DNA of 64,000 nt from an uncultured Candidatus Rokubacteria bacterium (GCA_963771355.1 CAVYTA010000006.1:320322-384321), one strand, 5' to 3'. Shown: positions 39,318 through 49,358, numbered from the stretch's first letter. Notes: generated from the sequence alone by a model not told the origin. Made by a program: numbers and translations.

Positions 39318-41123
39318 GTGATGCCCCGCGCACGCGGCTGGGTGGCCATCGCGGTGGTGGTGGGGGTGGGCCTGGCTCTCTCCCTCGTGATCTCCGAGCG
39401 CTATCACCACCGCGTCCTGACCCTGGTCTTCCTGTGGGCGACGATGGGATTGGCCTGGAACATCATCAGCGGCTACGCGGGGCAGATCTCGTTCGGGCAC
39501 CAGGCCTTCTTCGGGATCGGAGCTTATGTCACCGTGCTGCTCGCCGCCAACTTCAAGCTCATCCCGTGGATCGGCATGCTCGGCGGGGTGGGAGCCGCCG
39601 TGCTCGCCGCGATGCTCATCGGCACGCCGACGTTCCGGCTCGCGGGCATCTACTTCGGACTGGCCACGCTCGCCTATCCCCTGATCTTCCGGATCGTCAT
39701 GGACTACCTGGGCTACCAGGAAGTCGCGATCCCGATGAGGCGCGAGCAGCCGGCGCTCTTCATGCAGTTCGAGGATCCGCGCGCCTTCGACCTCCTCGCC
39801 CTGGGCATCCTGGCCGCCACCCTGGTCCTGTCCCGCCTCGTCGAGACCTCCCGGCTGGGCTACTCGCTCCGCGCCATCAAGGAGAACGAGCAGGCGGCGG
39901 AGGCCATGGGCGTGAACAGCTTTCGCTGCAAGATGTACGCGTACATGCTCAGCGCGGCCCCGGCCGCCGTCGCCGGTGCCGTCTACGCGCACGCCATCCT
40001 CTTCGTGGTGACGCCGGACGCGGTGTTCGGGGTGCTCGTGATCGTCCAGACCCTCACGGTGTGCCTGGTGGGCGGGGCGGGGACCTTGTGGGGGCCGCTC
40101 ATCGGCGCCGCCATCATGATCCCGGTGAGCGAGACCCTGGACACCACGCTGGGCGACCGTCTCCCCGGCATCCAGGGCGTGGTGTACGGCGCCGCGCTCA
40201 TGGCGGTGATGATGTTCGCGCCGGAGGGGCTCTACTGGCGCGTGCGCTCGGTGTGGAGCGGGCGGGGCGGGGAGACGGTGCGGATGGCGCGCGCCGCGCC
40301 GGTGCTCGCCGCCGCGCCCCTCGCGGCGCCGCCGGCGCCGCGGGCATCGGGCGCGCCGCTCCTGGAAGTGCGCGGCGTCTCCAAGGCCTTTCTCGGCCTG
40401 CAGGCGCTGTCCGACGTGAGCTTCGACGTGCGCGAGGGCGAGATCCTCGGGATCATCGGCCCGAACGGCGCGGGCAAGACCACGCTGTTCAACGTCCTCA
40501 ACGGATTTCTCCTGCCCGACCGGGGCGAGGTTCGCTGCCTCGGCGCGCCCACCACGGGCCTTCAGCCCCACGAGATCTGCCGCCGGGGGATCGGGCGCAC
40601 CTTCCAGGTGATGCGAATCTTTCCACGGCTGACCGTCGAGGAGAACGTGATGGTGGGCGCGTTCGTCCGCGACCGCGCGCCGGATCGGGCGCGGGCGCGC
40701 GCCCAGGAAGCACTCGAGCGCGTGGGTCTCCGGGATCGCGCCGGACTCGTGCCCACCGGCCTCACCACGCTCGAGCTGCGCCTGATGGAGCTGGCGCGGT
40801 GCCTCGCCACCGGACCACGCTTGGTGCTTCTTGATGAGCCGCTGGCCGGGCTGTCCACCGACGGCGTGGAGCTCATGTCGTCCATGATCCGGCAGGCGCG
40901 GGCGGCGGGCGTCACCGTGGCCATCATCGAGCACACCATCCAGGCGCTGGTCAAGCTGGCGGACCGGCTGGTGGTCCTGGATCAGGGCCGTCCCCTCGCG
41001 GAAGGCCTCCCCGGCGAGGTCACGCGGAATCCCCTCGTGATCGAGGCGTATCTGGGCAAGCGCTGGCTCGCGCGGCACATGGCGGCTCAGGGAGCGGGCG
41101 ATGCTGAAGATCACCGGTCTTAG
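39318..41123 (+). CDS. Fused branched-chain amino acid ABC transporter permease (LivM-like) and ATP-binding protein (LivG-like)
   Basis: 601 aa. The N-terminal ~330 aa are a LivM-type permease. The C-terminal ~260 aa are an ABC ATPase (Walker A GPNGAGKTT, signature LSTDGVE, Walker B LVLLDEP), joined by an Ala/Pro-rich linker (AAPVLAAAPLAAPPAPRASGAPL). Confidence 0.8.
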   Translation: MMPRARGWVAIAVVVGVGLALSLVISERYHHRVLTLVFLWATMGLAWNIISGYAGQISFGHQAFFGIGAYVTVLLAANFKLIPWIGMLGGVGAAVLAAMLIGTPTFRLAGIYFGLATLAYPLIFRIVMDYLGYQEVAIPMRREQPALFMQFEDPRAFDLLALGILAATLVLSRLVETSRLGYSLRAIKENEQAAEAMGVNSFRCKMYAYMLSAAPAAVAGAVYAHAILFVVTPDAVFGVLVIVQTLTVCLVGGAGTLWGPLIGAAIMIPVSETLDTTLGDRLPGIQGVVYGAALMAVMMFAPEGLYWRVRSVWSGRGGETVRMARAAPVLAAAPLAAPPAPRASGAPLLEVRGVSKAFLGLQALSDVSFDVREGEILGIIGPNGAGKTTLFNVLNGFLLPDRGEVRCLGAPTTGLQPHEICRRGIGRTFQVMRIFPRLTVEENVMVGAFVRDRAPDRARARAQEALERVGLRDRAGLVPTGLTTLELRLMELARCLATGPRLVLLDEPLAGLSTDGVELMSSMIRQARAAGVTVAIIEHTIQALVKLADRLVVLDQGRPLAEGLPGEVTRNPLVIEAYLGKRWLARHMAAQGAGDAEDHRS

Positions 41124-41808
41124 CGTCGCCTACGGCGGCCTGCACGCCCTCGAGAACGTGTCGCTCGAGGTGGCCGAGGGCGAGTTCGTCACCATCGTCG
41201 GCCCGAATGGCGCGGGCAAGACCACGCTCCTGCGGGCCATCTCGGGCTCGGTCCGGGGCGGGGCGGGCCGCCTCGAGTTCCGCGGGCGGGACATGACGTC
41301 GCTCGCGGCGCATCAGCGCGCCGCGCTGGGCATCGCGCATGTGCCCGAGGGACGGCGCATCTTTCCCTCGCTCACCGTCCTGGAGAACCTCGAGCTGGGG
41401 TCGTACCGGCGCGCCGCGCGCGCGCAGCGGGGCCCCGAGCTGGAGGCCGTGCTCACCCTGTTCCCCGTGCTCCGCGCGCGGCGCCAGCAGCTGGCGGGCT
41501 CGCTCTCCGGCGGCGAGCAGCAGATGCTGGCGCTCGGCCGCGGCCTCATGGCGCAGCCGGATCTGCTCCTCCTCGACGAGCCGTCCCAGGGCCTCGGCCC
41601 GCGGATCGTGGAGCTGATCTTCGAGACCATCGATCGCATCCGGAAGAGCCGCCGCCTGACCATCCTGCTCGTCGAGCAGCGCGTGGTCGAGGCGCTGGAG
41701 CTCTGCGATCGCGGGTATGTCCTCGAGACCGGGCGGGTCGTGCTGGAAGGGGCCCACGACGCCCTCCTCGCCGACCCGCGTGTCCAGCGTGCCTATCTCG
41801 GTGTATAA
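41101..41808 (+). CDS. livF: Branched-chain amino acid ABC transporter ATP-binding protein (LivF family)
   Basis: 235 aa. Walker A GPNGAGKTT, signature LSGGEQQM, Walker B LLLLDEP. 23-nt overlap with the upstream gene. Confidence 0.85.
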   Translation: MLKITGLSVAYGGLHALENVSLEVAEGEFVTIVGPNGAGKTTLLRAISGSVRGGAGRLEFRGRDMTSLAAHQRAALGIAHVPEGRRIFPSLTVLENLELGSYRRAARAQRGPELEAVLTLFPVLRARRQQLAGSLSGGEQQMLALGRGLMAQPDLLLLDEPSQGLGPRIVELIFETIDRIRKSRRLTILLVEQRVVEALELCDRGYVLETGRVVLEGAHDALLADPRVQRAYLGV

Positions 41809-41820
41809 GAGGACCCTGCC

Positions 41821-42609
41821 ATGCCCGTCGTCTACGACAAGCGCGGTTCCCTCGGCCTCGTCACCTTGAGCCGCCCCCGGGCGCGCAATGCCTGGGGCCC
41901 GGACTTCAACGAGGGCCTCCTCCGCTCCTTCGCCGCCATGGAGGAGGACGACGAGATCCGCTGCGCCGTCCTCACCGGCGACGAGGCCGGCGGCGCCTTC
42001 TCGGCCGGCGCGAACCTGAAAGACCCGCAGACGCACACCATGGCGTCGGCGGGGGACTTCATCAAGAGCGTCGCCAAGCGGCGCGAGCGGGCGTTCGAGG
42101 TCCTGGACCGGTTCCCGAAGCCCATCATCGGCGCGGTGAACGGCTTCGCCGTCGGGATCGGCTGCATCGTGACCTTCTGCTGCGACCTGCTGGTGGCCTC
42201 CGAGCGGGCGGAGTGGCGGCTCCCGCAGGTGGCGCTCGGGATCCTGCCCGCCTATGGCGGGGCGGTGCGCCTGGCCCGCTGGGTGGGACGCGGTCACGCG
42301 ATGCGCCTCACGCTCGGCTTCCCCCTCGGCGCCGAGGAGGCCCAGCGCATCGGTCTCGCCCAGTGGGTGGTGCCGCATGACCGCCTCATGGACAAGGCGC
42401 TCGAGGTGGCCACCCACGTCGCCGGCCTGCCGCCGCTGGCCGCGCGGCTCGCCAAGGAGTCGCTGCTGCGCGGGCTGGACGTCCCCAACCTGGCCGACGC
42501 GGCGCTGGTCGATCTCTACCGCTTCGCCACGCTCGAGCTCACCGAGGACAAGGCCGAGGGCCATGCCGCGTGGCGCGAGAAGCGCAAGCCCGTCTTCCGA
42601 GGCCGCTGA
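41821..42609 (+). CDS. Enoyl-CoA hydratase/isomerase (crotonase) family protein
   Basis: 262 aa. Crotonase-fold oxyanion-hole region (AVLTGDEAGGAFSAGANL; IIGAVNGFAVGIGC). Confidence 0.85.
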   Translation: MPVVYDKRGSLGLVTLSRPRARNAWGPDFNEGLLRSFAAMEEDDEIRCAVLTGDEAGGAFSAGANLKDPQTHTMASAGDFIKSVAKRRERAFEVLDRFPKPIIGAVNGFAVGIGCIVTFCCDLLVASERAEWRLPQVALGILPAYGGAVRLARWVGRGHAMRLTLGFPLGAEEAQRIGLAQWVVPHDRLMDKALEVATHVAGLPPLAARLAKESLLRGLDVPNLADAALVDLYRFATLELTEDKAEGHAAWREKRKPVFRGR

Positions 42610-42626
42610 GCCGAGAGGAGCCCCCG

Positions 42627-43565
42627 ATGCCGACCGTCACCCCGCCTCACAAAGTGCTCGCGTCCGGGCTTCGCTTTCCCGAAGGCCCGGTGGCGATGCC
42701 CGACGGCTCCGTCCTTCTGGTCGAGATCGAGCGCCGCACGCTCTCGCGTGTCACCCCGGACGGGAAGGTCCACGTGGTCGCCACGCTCGGCGGCGGCCCC
42801 AACGGGGCGGCCATGGGGCCGGGCGGCAAGATCTACGTGACCAATAACGGCGGGCTCAAGTTCGTCGAGCGTCCCGGCCGGCTGTTTCCGGTGCTGCAGG
42901 GCGACGACTACGTGGGCGGCAGCATCCAGATCGTGGATCCGGAGACCGGGAAGTTCGAGACCCTCTACGATCGCTGTGACGGGCAGCGGCTCCGCGGCCC
43001 CAACGATCTCGTCTTCGACCGCGCGGGCGGGTTCTGGTTCACGGACCTGGGCAAGACGCGCGAGCGCGACGGCGACCGCGGCGCAGTCTACTATGCCAAG
43101 GCGGACGGGTCCATGATCCGCGAGGCGATCTTCCCCCTCGAGCGCCCGAACGGGATCGGGCTCTCGCCGGACGAGCGCACCCTCTACGTGGTGGAGACGC
43201 CCACCGCACGGTGCTGGGCCTTCAAGCTCTCGGGACCAGGCGAGATCGAGTCGGCGAACGGCCCCTATCGCGGCGAGAAGGGCCGGGTGGTCGCCGGGCT
43301 GGGTGGCTATCAGATGTTCGACTCGCTGGCGGTGGATGGCGAGGGGCATATCTGCGTGGCGACCCTGATCACGGGGGCGGTGAGCGATATCTGGCCGGAC
43401 GGGAGCCGCGTGGACCAGTACATGCTCCCCGACATGATGGTCACCAACGTCTGCTTCGGCGGCCCGGACCTGCGTACCGCGTACGCGACGCTCTCGATGG
43501 GCGGCACGCTCGTCTCGTTCGAGTGGCCGCGCCCCGGGCTGCCGCTGTCCTATCTCAACCGGTAG
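42627..43565 (+). CDS. SMP-30/gluconolactonase/LRE-like six-bladed beta-propeller protein
   Basis: 312 aa from MPTVTPPHKVL... GAGAGGAG SD. Family features (FPEGP...PDG; PNDLVFDRAGGFWFTD; PNGIGLSPDERTLYV). Confidence 0.8.
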   Translation: MPTVTPPHKVLASGLRFPEGPVAMPDGSVLLVEIERRTLSRVTPDGKVHVVATLGGGPNGAAMGPGGKIYVTNNGGLKFVERPGRLFPVLQGDDYVGGSIQIVDPETGKFETLYDRCDGQRLRGPNDLVFDRAGGFWFTDLGKTRERDGDRGAVYYAKADGSMIREAIFPLERPNGIGLSPDERTLYVVETPTARCWAFKLSGPGEIESANGPYRGEKGRVVAGLGGYQMFDSLAVDGEGHICVATLITGAVSDIWPDGSRVDQYMLPDMMVTNVCFGGPDLRTAYATLSMGGTLVSFEWPRPGLPLSYLNR

Positions 43566-43586
43566 TCATCGCCAGGAGACCCCTCC

Positions 43587-44429
43587 ATGCACATCGTCGA
43601 CTCGCAGGTGCACCTCTGGGCCGCCGAGAGCGCGAGCCGGCCGTGGCCCCCGGGCCGCGCCCCGGAGGCGCAGAAGCCGTACCAGATCCTCAAGGAGACG
43701 CTCCTCTTCCAGATGGATCTGGCGGGCGTGAGCCGCATGGTGCTGGTGCCGCCCTCCTGGGAAGGCGACCGGAACGACATGGCGCTGGAGGCGGCGCGCT
43801 CCTACCCCGACCGCTTCGCGGTGATGGGCCGGCTCGCGCTCCAGGATCCGGCCAGCCGCGCGCTGGTGGCGGACTGGCGCAAGCAGGCCGGTATGCTCGG
43901 CATGCGCTTCACCTTCCACAACGAGCACTACCGCCACTTCCTCACCGACGGTACCGCCGACTGGCTGTGGCCCGCCGCCGAGAAGGCCGGCGTCCCGCTG
44001 ATGGTCCTGGTGCCGGGCGCGCTCGATCACCTCGACCGGATCGCGGGGCGCCACCCCGGGCTCAAGCTCGTGATCGACCACGTGGGGATCGCGGTGCGCG
44101 GCAAGGCGCCCAAGGTGTTCGAGGAGCTGCCCGCGGTGCTGGCCCTGGCCAAGCATCCGAACGTCGCGGTGAAGGCCTCGGGAATGCCCTCGCTCTCCGC
44201 CGAGCCCTACCCCTTCCGCGATCTGCACGGCGCGATCCGCTCGCTGGTGGATGCCTTCGGCCCGCGCCGCGTGTTCTGGGGCACGGACCTCACGCGCATG
44301 CCGTGCACGTACTACGAGTGCATCACGCTGTTCACCCAGCACCTGCCCTGGCTCAAGGGCGAGGACCTCGAGTGGGTGATGGGACGCGGCGTCACGGAGT
44401 GGCTGGGCTGGCCGCTCCCGCGCGGGTGA
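43587..44429 (+). CDS. Amidohydrolase-2 (PF04909) family metal-dependent hydrolase (TIM barrel)
   Basis: 280 aa. Begins MHIVDSQVHLW (HxH-like metal ligands). Conserved later His and Asp (VIDHVGI..., WGTDL). Confidence 0.8.
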   Translation: MHIVDSQVHLWAAESASRPWPPGRAPEAQKPYQILKETLLFQMDLAGVSRMVLVPPSWEGDRNDMALEAARSYPDRFAVMGRLALQDPASRALVADWRKQAGMLGMRFTFHNEHYRHFLTDGTADWLWPAAEKAGVPLMVLVPGALDHLDRIAGRHPGLKLVIDHVGIAVRGKAPKVFEELPAVLALAKHPNVAVKASGMPSLSAEPYPFRDLHGAIRSLVDAFGPRRVFWGTDLTRMPCTYYECITLFTQHLPWLKGEDLEWVMGRGVTEWLGWPLPRG

Positions 44430-44436
44430 GTGTTGT

Positions 44437-45498
44437 ATGCTCGCAGGGATGCGATTCGGTCTCTTCTTCCAGGCGCCGGAGATGGCCGGCCGGACCCATG
44501 CCGAGCGCTTCGAGGAGCTCTTCCAGCTCGCCGAGCTGGCCGAGTCGCTGGGCTTCGACACCGCCTGGCTGGCGGAGATCCACTTCGGCGGCGCCTTCTC
44601 GCTGCTGTCCAACCCGCTGATGGTGGTGCCGGCCATCGCTCAGCGCACGCGCCGTCTCCGCATCGGGACCGCCGTGACCCTGCTCCCGCTGCACCATCCG
44701 CTCGCCTGCGCGGAGCAGGCCGCCACCGCCGACCTCCTCTCCGGCGGCCGGCTGGAGTTCGGAGTGGGGCGCGGCTCCATCCCCAGCCAGTTCCACGGCT
44801 TTCGCGTGCCGGTGGCGGAGAACCGTGCGCGCTTCGACGAGTGCCTGGAGATCATCCGGCTCGCGTGGACCCAGGAGCGATTCAGCTACCACGGCGCGTT
44901 CTACGACGTGGACAACCTCTCCGTGACGCCCCGGCCGCTGCAGCGGCCGCACCCGCCCATCCGGGTGGCGGTGCACAGCCAGGAGAGCTTCGCTCATATC
45001 GGCGACCGGGGGCTCCCCATCTACTCGGGCACCACCACCACGCCCTTGCCCCTTCTCCGCGAGTGCATGGCGACCTATCGCGCCCGGCTCGCGGCGGGCG
45101 GGCATGCGTGGGGGCCGGACCAGATGGCGCTGATGCTGCCGATACACGTGGGCGCCACCAGCGCCGCCGCGCGGGAGGCGATGCGGCCCGGCGTGCGCCG
45201 GTACTACGAGAATCTCGAGACCATCTTCTCGAGCCTCCCCGACTCCTACGGCGAGCACCTGCCGCGGCTCAAGATCATCCGCGAGACGCTGGCCAATCTC
45301 CCGTTCGAGAAGTTCTGCCGCGACCAGGCGGTGTTCGGCGACGCCGCGGAGGTGGTCGAGCGCCTGCAGGCGGTCCGCGAGGAGTTCGGGTTGTCGGAGA
45401 TCATCGGCTGGTTCGATCAGGGCGCCATGCTGCCGCGGGACGAGGTGGAGCGCTCCATGCGCCGCTTCGCCGAGCAAGTGATGCCGAAACTCAGCTAG
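44437..45498 (+). CDS. LLM-class flavin-dependent oxidoreductase
   Basis: 353 aa. LLM motifs (GFDTAWLAEIHF; SGGRLEFGVGRG). Starts 7 nt after the upstream gene. Confidence 0.8.
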   Translation: MLAGMRFGLFFQAPEMAGRTHAERFEELFQLAELAESLGFDTAWLAEIHFGGAFSLLSNPLMVVPAIAQRTRRLRIGTAVTLLPLHHPLACAEQAATADLLSGGRLEFGVGRGSIPSQFHGFRVPVAENRARFDECLEIIRLAWTQERFSYHGAFYDVDNLSVTPRPLQRPHPPIRVAVHSQESFAHIGDRGLPIYSGTTTTPLPLLRECMATYRARLAAGGHAWGPDQMALMLPIHVGATSAAAREAMRPGVRRYYENLETIFSSLPDSYGEHLPRLKIIRETLANLPFEKFCRDQAVFGDAAEVVERLQAVREEFGLSEIIGWFDQGAMLPRDEVERSMRRFAEQVMPKLS

Positions 45499-45512
45499 GG
45501 GAGAGGACTCAC

Positions 45513-45845
45513 ATGGCCGGAGCCGGGATGATCCAGGTGAAGACGAGCACCTTCGACGAGCAGGTCACCGCCAGCAAGGGACCGCTCCTGCTCGACTTCT
45601 GGGCGGAGTGGTGCGTGCCGTGCAAGGCGCTCGCGCCCGTGCTGGACGCGCTCGCCCAGGAGATGGCAGGGCAGGCGGTCATCGGCAAGCTCAATGTCGA
45701 GGAGGAGCCGACCATCGCCGACAAGTTCGGCGTGAAGGCGCTGCCCTCCCTGCTCTTCTTCAAGGACGGCAAGCTCGTGGACACCCTGGTGGGCCGCGTA
45801 CCCAAGGCGGTGATCCAGAAGAAGCTGCAGGAGCTCAGCGGGTAG
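45513..45845 (+). CDS. trxA: Thioredoxin
   Basis: 110 aa. WCVPCK active site (LLDFWAEWCVPCKALAP). GGGGAGAGGA SD. The 3' end overlaps the convergent sGDH gene by 11 nt. Confidence 0.9.
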   Translation: MAGAGMIQVKTSTFDEQVTASKGPLLLDFWAEWCVPCKALAPVLDALAQEMAGQAVIGKLNVEEEPTIADKFGVKALPSLLFFKDGKLVDTLVGRVPKAVIQKKLQELSG

Positions 45846-47046
45846 GCGGCTCCACCCGGAGCACCCGGCCGCGGGAGCTGTCGGTGAGCAGATAGATGGT
45901 GCCGTCCGGAGCCTGGCGCACGTCCCGGATGCGCTCGCCCAGCTCGGCGAGGTAGCGCTCCTCCAGGACCACGCGGCCCGCCTCGAGCCGGACCCGCACC
46001 AGGGCGCCGGGTCGCAGCGAGCCTACCAGCAGGTCGCCCTTCCAGTCGGGGAACGCGTCGCCCGTGTAAAAGGTCGCGCCCGAGGGCGCGATCACCGGAT
46101 CCCAGTAGTACATCGGCTGCTCCATGCCGGGCTGGGCCGTTCCCACCCCGATACGGGCGCCCGAGTAGTCGAGGCCATAGGTGATGACGGGCCAGCCGTA
46201 GTTCTTGCCCGGCTGCGGGTTGTTGAGCTCGTCGCCGCCCCGCGCGCCGTGCTCCACCGTCCACAGCTGTCCGCGCGCGTCCAGCGCGGCGGCCTGAATA
46301 TTGCGGTGGCCATAGGACCAGATGTCGGGCCGGGCGCCCTCGCGACCGACGAAGGGATTGTCGCGCGGGACGGAGCCGTCGGCGTTGATGCGCACGATCT
46401 TGCCCAGGGTGGTGGAGAGATCCTGCGCACGCTCGGGATAGTGGTACCGGTCGCCCAGGGTGACGAACAGCGTGCCGTCGGGCCGGAAGACGAGCCGCGA
46501 GCCCCAGTGATTCGGGCCCGTCACCTTGGGCACCTGGCGCCAGATCACCTGGGTGCCCTCGAGCCCGCGCTCCCCGAGCCGGCCGCGCGCCACCGCGGTA
46601 CCGGCGCCGCCATCGCCGGGCTCGGAGAAGGCCAGATAGACGAGCCGGTCCTGGGCGAAGCCGGGGCTGAGCTCCACGTCGAGCAACCCGCCCTGACCGC
46701 GCGCGTACACCTCGGGCACCCCGGCCAGCGGGTCCGAGAGCTTGCCGTCGCGGCCGATCAGGCGCAGCCGCCCCGGCCGCTCGGTGACGATCATGCGCCC
46801 ATCGGGGAGGAACTCGAGGCCCCACGGATGCTCGAGGCCCCGCGCGACGTCGGTGACGCGCGCGTTCAGCTTCAGGGGCTTCGGCGTCGGGGAGCGCGGC
46901 GCCTCTTGGGCAACGGCGGGGGCAACAACGGGGGCAACGGCGATGGGACCAACGGCGAGTGCGGCGACGGCGATCAGCGTGAGGAGTGCCGGCACGGTAA
47001 GCGATCGGGCCCGGCTATGACGGCGCGGGGGGCTCGACGGGCTCAT
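45835..47046 (-). CDS. PQQ-dependent soluble sugar (glucose/sorbosone) dehydrogenase family protein (PF07995), secreted
   Basis: 403 aa from MSPSSPPRR... with a signal peptide. Family motifs (HPWGLEFLPDGRMIVTER; HRNIQAAALD; GWPVITYGLDYSG). Confidence 0.8.
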   Translation of the reverse strand: MSPSSPPRRHSRARSLTVPALLTLIAVAALAVGPIAVAPVVAPAVAQEAPRSPTPKPLKLNARVTDVARGLEHPWGLEFLPDGRMIVTERPGRLRLIGRDGKLSDPLAGVPEVYARGQGGLLDVELSPGFAQDRLVYLAFSEPGDGGAGTAVARGRLGERGLEGTQVIWRQVPKVTGPNHWGSRLVFRPDGTLFVTLGDRYHYPERAQDLSTTLGKIVRINADGSVPRDNPFVGREGARPDIWSYGHRNIQAAALDARGQLWTVEHGARGGDELNNPQPGKNYGWPVITYGLDYSGARIGVGTAQPGMEQPMYYWDPVIAPSGATFYTGDAFPDWKGDLLVGSLRPGALVRVRLEAGRVVLEERYLAELGERIRDVRQAPDGTIYLLTDSSRGRVLRVEPPTR

Positions 47047-47214
47047 ATCCGGCGCACTCGCGGACGGGCAGGCGCGGATACCGGGGGAACCGTGGATCGG
47101 TAGCCGCGCGCCCGCAGAGGTAGAAGACCGATCCGCGCTCCGACTCCACCCGGCGCGTGTGGCGGCAGCTCGCGCATAGTCCGATGGTATCAGCCTGCGC
47201 AAGCGGCACGTCCG

Positions 47215-48162
47215 TCAGCGGGTCCTGAGGCGCGGCAGCAGGCGGGTCGCGGTCTCGTCCACCTGGGCGAGCTGGTCGCCGCCGGCGAAGCGGATCATGA
47301 GGTGGCGGCAGCCGGCCGCGATCCAGCGCTGCAGCCACTCCACGCAGCCCTCGAGGGGACCCGCATAGGTGGCCTGGCGCGCCATGATCGCGCGCGCGGG
47401 CGCCGCGTAGTAGGTCTCGAGGAAACCGTGAAGCCGGCGCTCGGCGGCGGCGACGTCGGGGTCGAGCGCGAGCGTGACATAGGCCGCGCCGGTGACGGCA
47501 TCCGCCGGACGGCCGGCGGCGCGGGCGGCGGCCTGGATGAGGGGAAACTGCTCCGCGAAGAATTCCACGTGGGGGCCGGTGGGGAACCAGGCGTCGAAGC
47601 GGGCGGCCTCGCGCAGCGCGGTGGGTCCGCTGCCGCCGATCCAGATGGGCGGCCCGCCGGGGCGGTGCGGCTTCGGCTCCATGGTCACGTCCTCGAGCGT
47701 GAAGTGCTTGCCGCGGAAGCTGATGCCGTCACGGCTCCAGAGGGCGCGGCAGATCTCGAGCGTCTCGAGAAAGCGCCCCACGCGGCGCTCGAAGGGCACG
47801 CCCGCCGCCGCGAACTCTTTTCGGATCGGCGGCGCGTCGGCGGCGATACCGACGCCGAGAATCAGGCGCCCCTCCGCCACGCGGTCCAGGGTCCCGATGA
47901 TATGCGCGAGCACCACCGGGGGGCGCAGCGCGGGCAGGAGCACGGCGGTGCCGAGGCGCACCCGCCGCGTGCGGCCGGCCACCGCGGCCAGGAGCGTGAG
48001 CGGCTCGTGACGCGGGCGCGCGGTGAGGGAGTCGCCGATCCACACGGAGTCGAAGCCGCCGCCTTCCGCGCGCTCGGCCATGGCCAGCAGCGGCCCCGTC
48101 TCCATGCGTCCGGACATCACCGCCTCACGGGTGGGCAGCAGGACGCCGAACTCGGTCGCCAT
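47215..48162 (-). CDS. LLM-class F420-dependent oxidoreductase
   Basis: 315 aa. LLM motifs (GFDSVWIGDSL; EGRLILGVGI). Confidence 0.85.
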   Translation of the reverse strand: MATEFGVLLPTREAVMSGRMETGPLLAMAERAEGGGFDSVWIGDSLTARPRHEPLTLLAAVAGRTRRVRLGTAVLLPALRPPVVLAHIIGTLDRVAEGRLILGVGIAADAPPIRKEFAAAGVPFERRVGRFLETLEICRALWSRDGISFRGKHFTLEDVTMEPKPHRPGGPPIWIGGSGPTALREAARFDAWFPTGPHVEFFAEQFPLIQAAARAAGRPADAVTGAAYVTLALDPDVAAAERRLHGFLETYYAAPARAIMARQATYAGPLEGCVEWLQRWIAAGCRHLMIRFAGGDQLAQVDETATRLLPRLRTR

Positions 48163-48176
48163 GGACGGCGTTCCGC

Positions 48177-49358
48177 TCAGAACGTGACCGGCAGCGCCGC
48201 GAGCCCACGCAGGGTCAGGCTCTGGCGAAACTCGGGCCGGTCGGTGGCCAGGGCTAGCCGGGGCAGCTTCCGGATGAGGGTATTGATGGCGATCTGGCCC
48301 TCGACGCGCGCGAGCGGCGCGCCCAGGCAGAAGTGAATGCCCCAGCCGAAGGCGATGTGGCGGTTGTCGGCCCGGCCGATGTCGAGACGGTCGGGGTCGG
48401 GGAACTGGACGGGGTCCCGGTCGGCGGCGCCGATGAAGGGCATCACCATCTCGCCCTTGCCGATGGTCTTGCTTCCGATGGTGATGTCCTCGCTGGGAAT
48501 GCGCGCGGTGCGCTGCACCGGCCCGTCGTAGCGCAGCAGCTCCTCCACCGCGCTCCCGATGAGCCCGGGATCTTCCCGCAGCCGCCGGAGCTGGCCCGGA
48601 TGCCGGAGCAGGGCCAGGGTGCCGTTGCCGATCAGGTTCACCGTGGTCTCGTGGCCCGCGAGCAGCAGCAGGATGCAGGTGGCCATCAGCTCGTCGGTGG
48701 AGAGCTTGTCACCCGCCTCCTCGGCGGCGATCAGGCCGGTGAGCATGTCGTCGCGCGGATGCGCGCGGCGCTCGGCGATGAGCTCGCGGAAATAGGCGGA
48801 CAGCGCGCGCCGCGACTCGATGCTCCGCACCGCCACTTCCGACTCCGGCGGCAGCATGATGGAGTCCAGCCCGCGCGCCACGTCGAGCCCCCAGCCCTTG
48901 AAGCGCTCGTGGTCCGCCAGCGGGACGCCCAGCATCTCGCAGATCACGACCACGGGCAGGGGATAGGCGAATTCCTCGATCAGGTCCATCTGGTGGGCGC
49001 CCGCCACCTTGTCGAGCAGCCCGTCCACGATCTGCTGGATGCGCGGGCGTAGCTGCTCCACCATCCGGGGCGTGAAGGCCTTGCTGACGAGGCCGCGGAG
49101 GCGCGTGTGATCGGGTGGATCGCGGTCCAGCATGGACAGCCCGAGGCCAGGCGGAGTCTGGCCGAGGCGCGCGGCCACGAAGGCGGCGATCGGCTCCTTG
49201 ATCAGCCGCGGATCCCGCAGCGACCACACCACGTCCTCGTACCGGCTGAGCACCCAGAAGCCCAGAGGGCTATGGTGCACGGGATCCTCGGCGCGCAGGC
49301 GATGGTAGGTCGGATAGGGATCCGCCACGAATTCCGGATCCATGGGATTGAACTGCAT
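48177..49358 (-). CDS. Cytochrome P450
   Basis: 393 aa from MQFNPMDPEF... Haem-binding motif FGWGIHFCLGAPLA, I-helix AGHETT, ExxR (EELLRY). In the track it is fused in frame to the upstream reductase ORF. I interpret this as an artefact of a frameshift in that gene. Confidence 0.9.
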   Translation of the reverse strand: MQFNPMDPEFVADPYPTYHRLRAEDPVHHSPLGFWVLSRYEDVVWSLRDPRLIKEPIAAFVAARLGQTPPGLGLSMLDRDPPDHTRLRGLVSKAFTPRMVEQLRPRIQQIVDGLLDKVAGAHQMDLIEEFAYPLPVVVICEMLGVPLADHERFKGWGLDVARGLDSIMLPPESEVAVRSIESRRALSAYFRELIAERRAHPRDDMLTGLIAAEEAGDKLSTDELMATCILLLLAGHETTVNLIGNGTLALLRHPGQLRRLREDPGLIGSAVEELLRYDGPVQRTARIPSEDITIGSKTIGKGEMVMPFIGAADRDPVQFPDPDRLDIGRADNRHIAFGWGIHFCLGAPLARVEGQIAINTLIRKLPRLALATDRPEFRQSLTLRGLAALPVTF

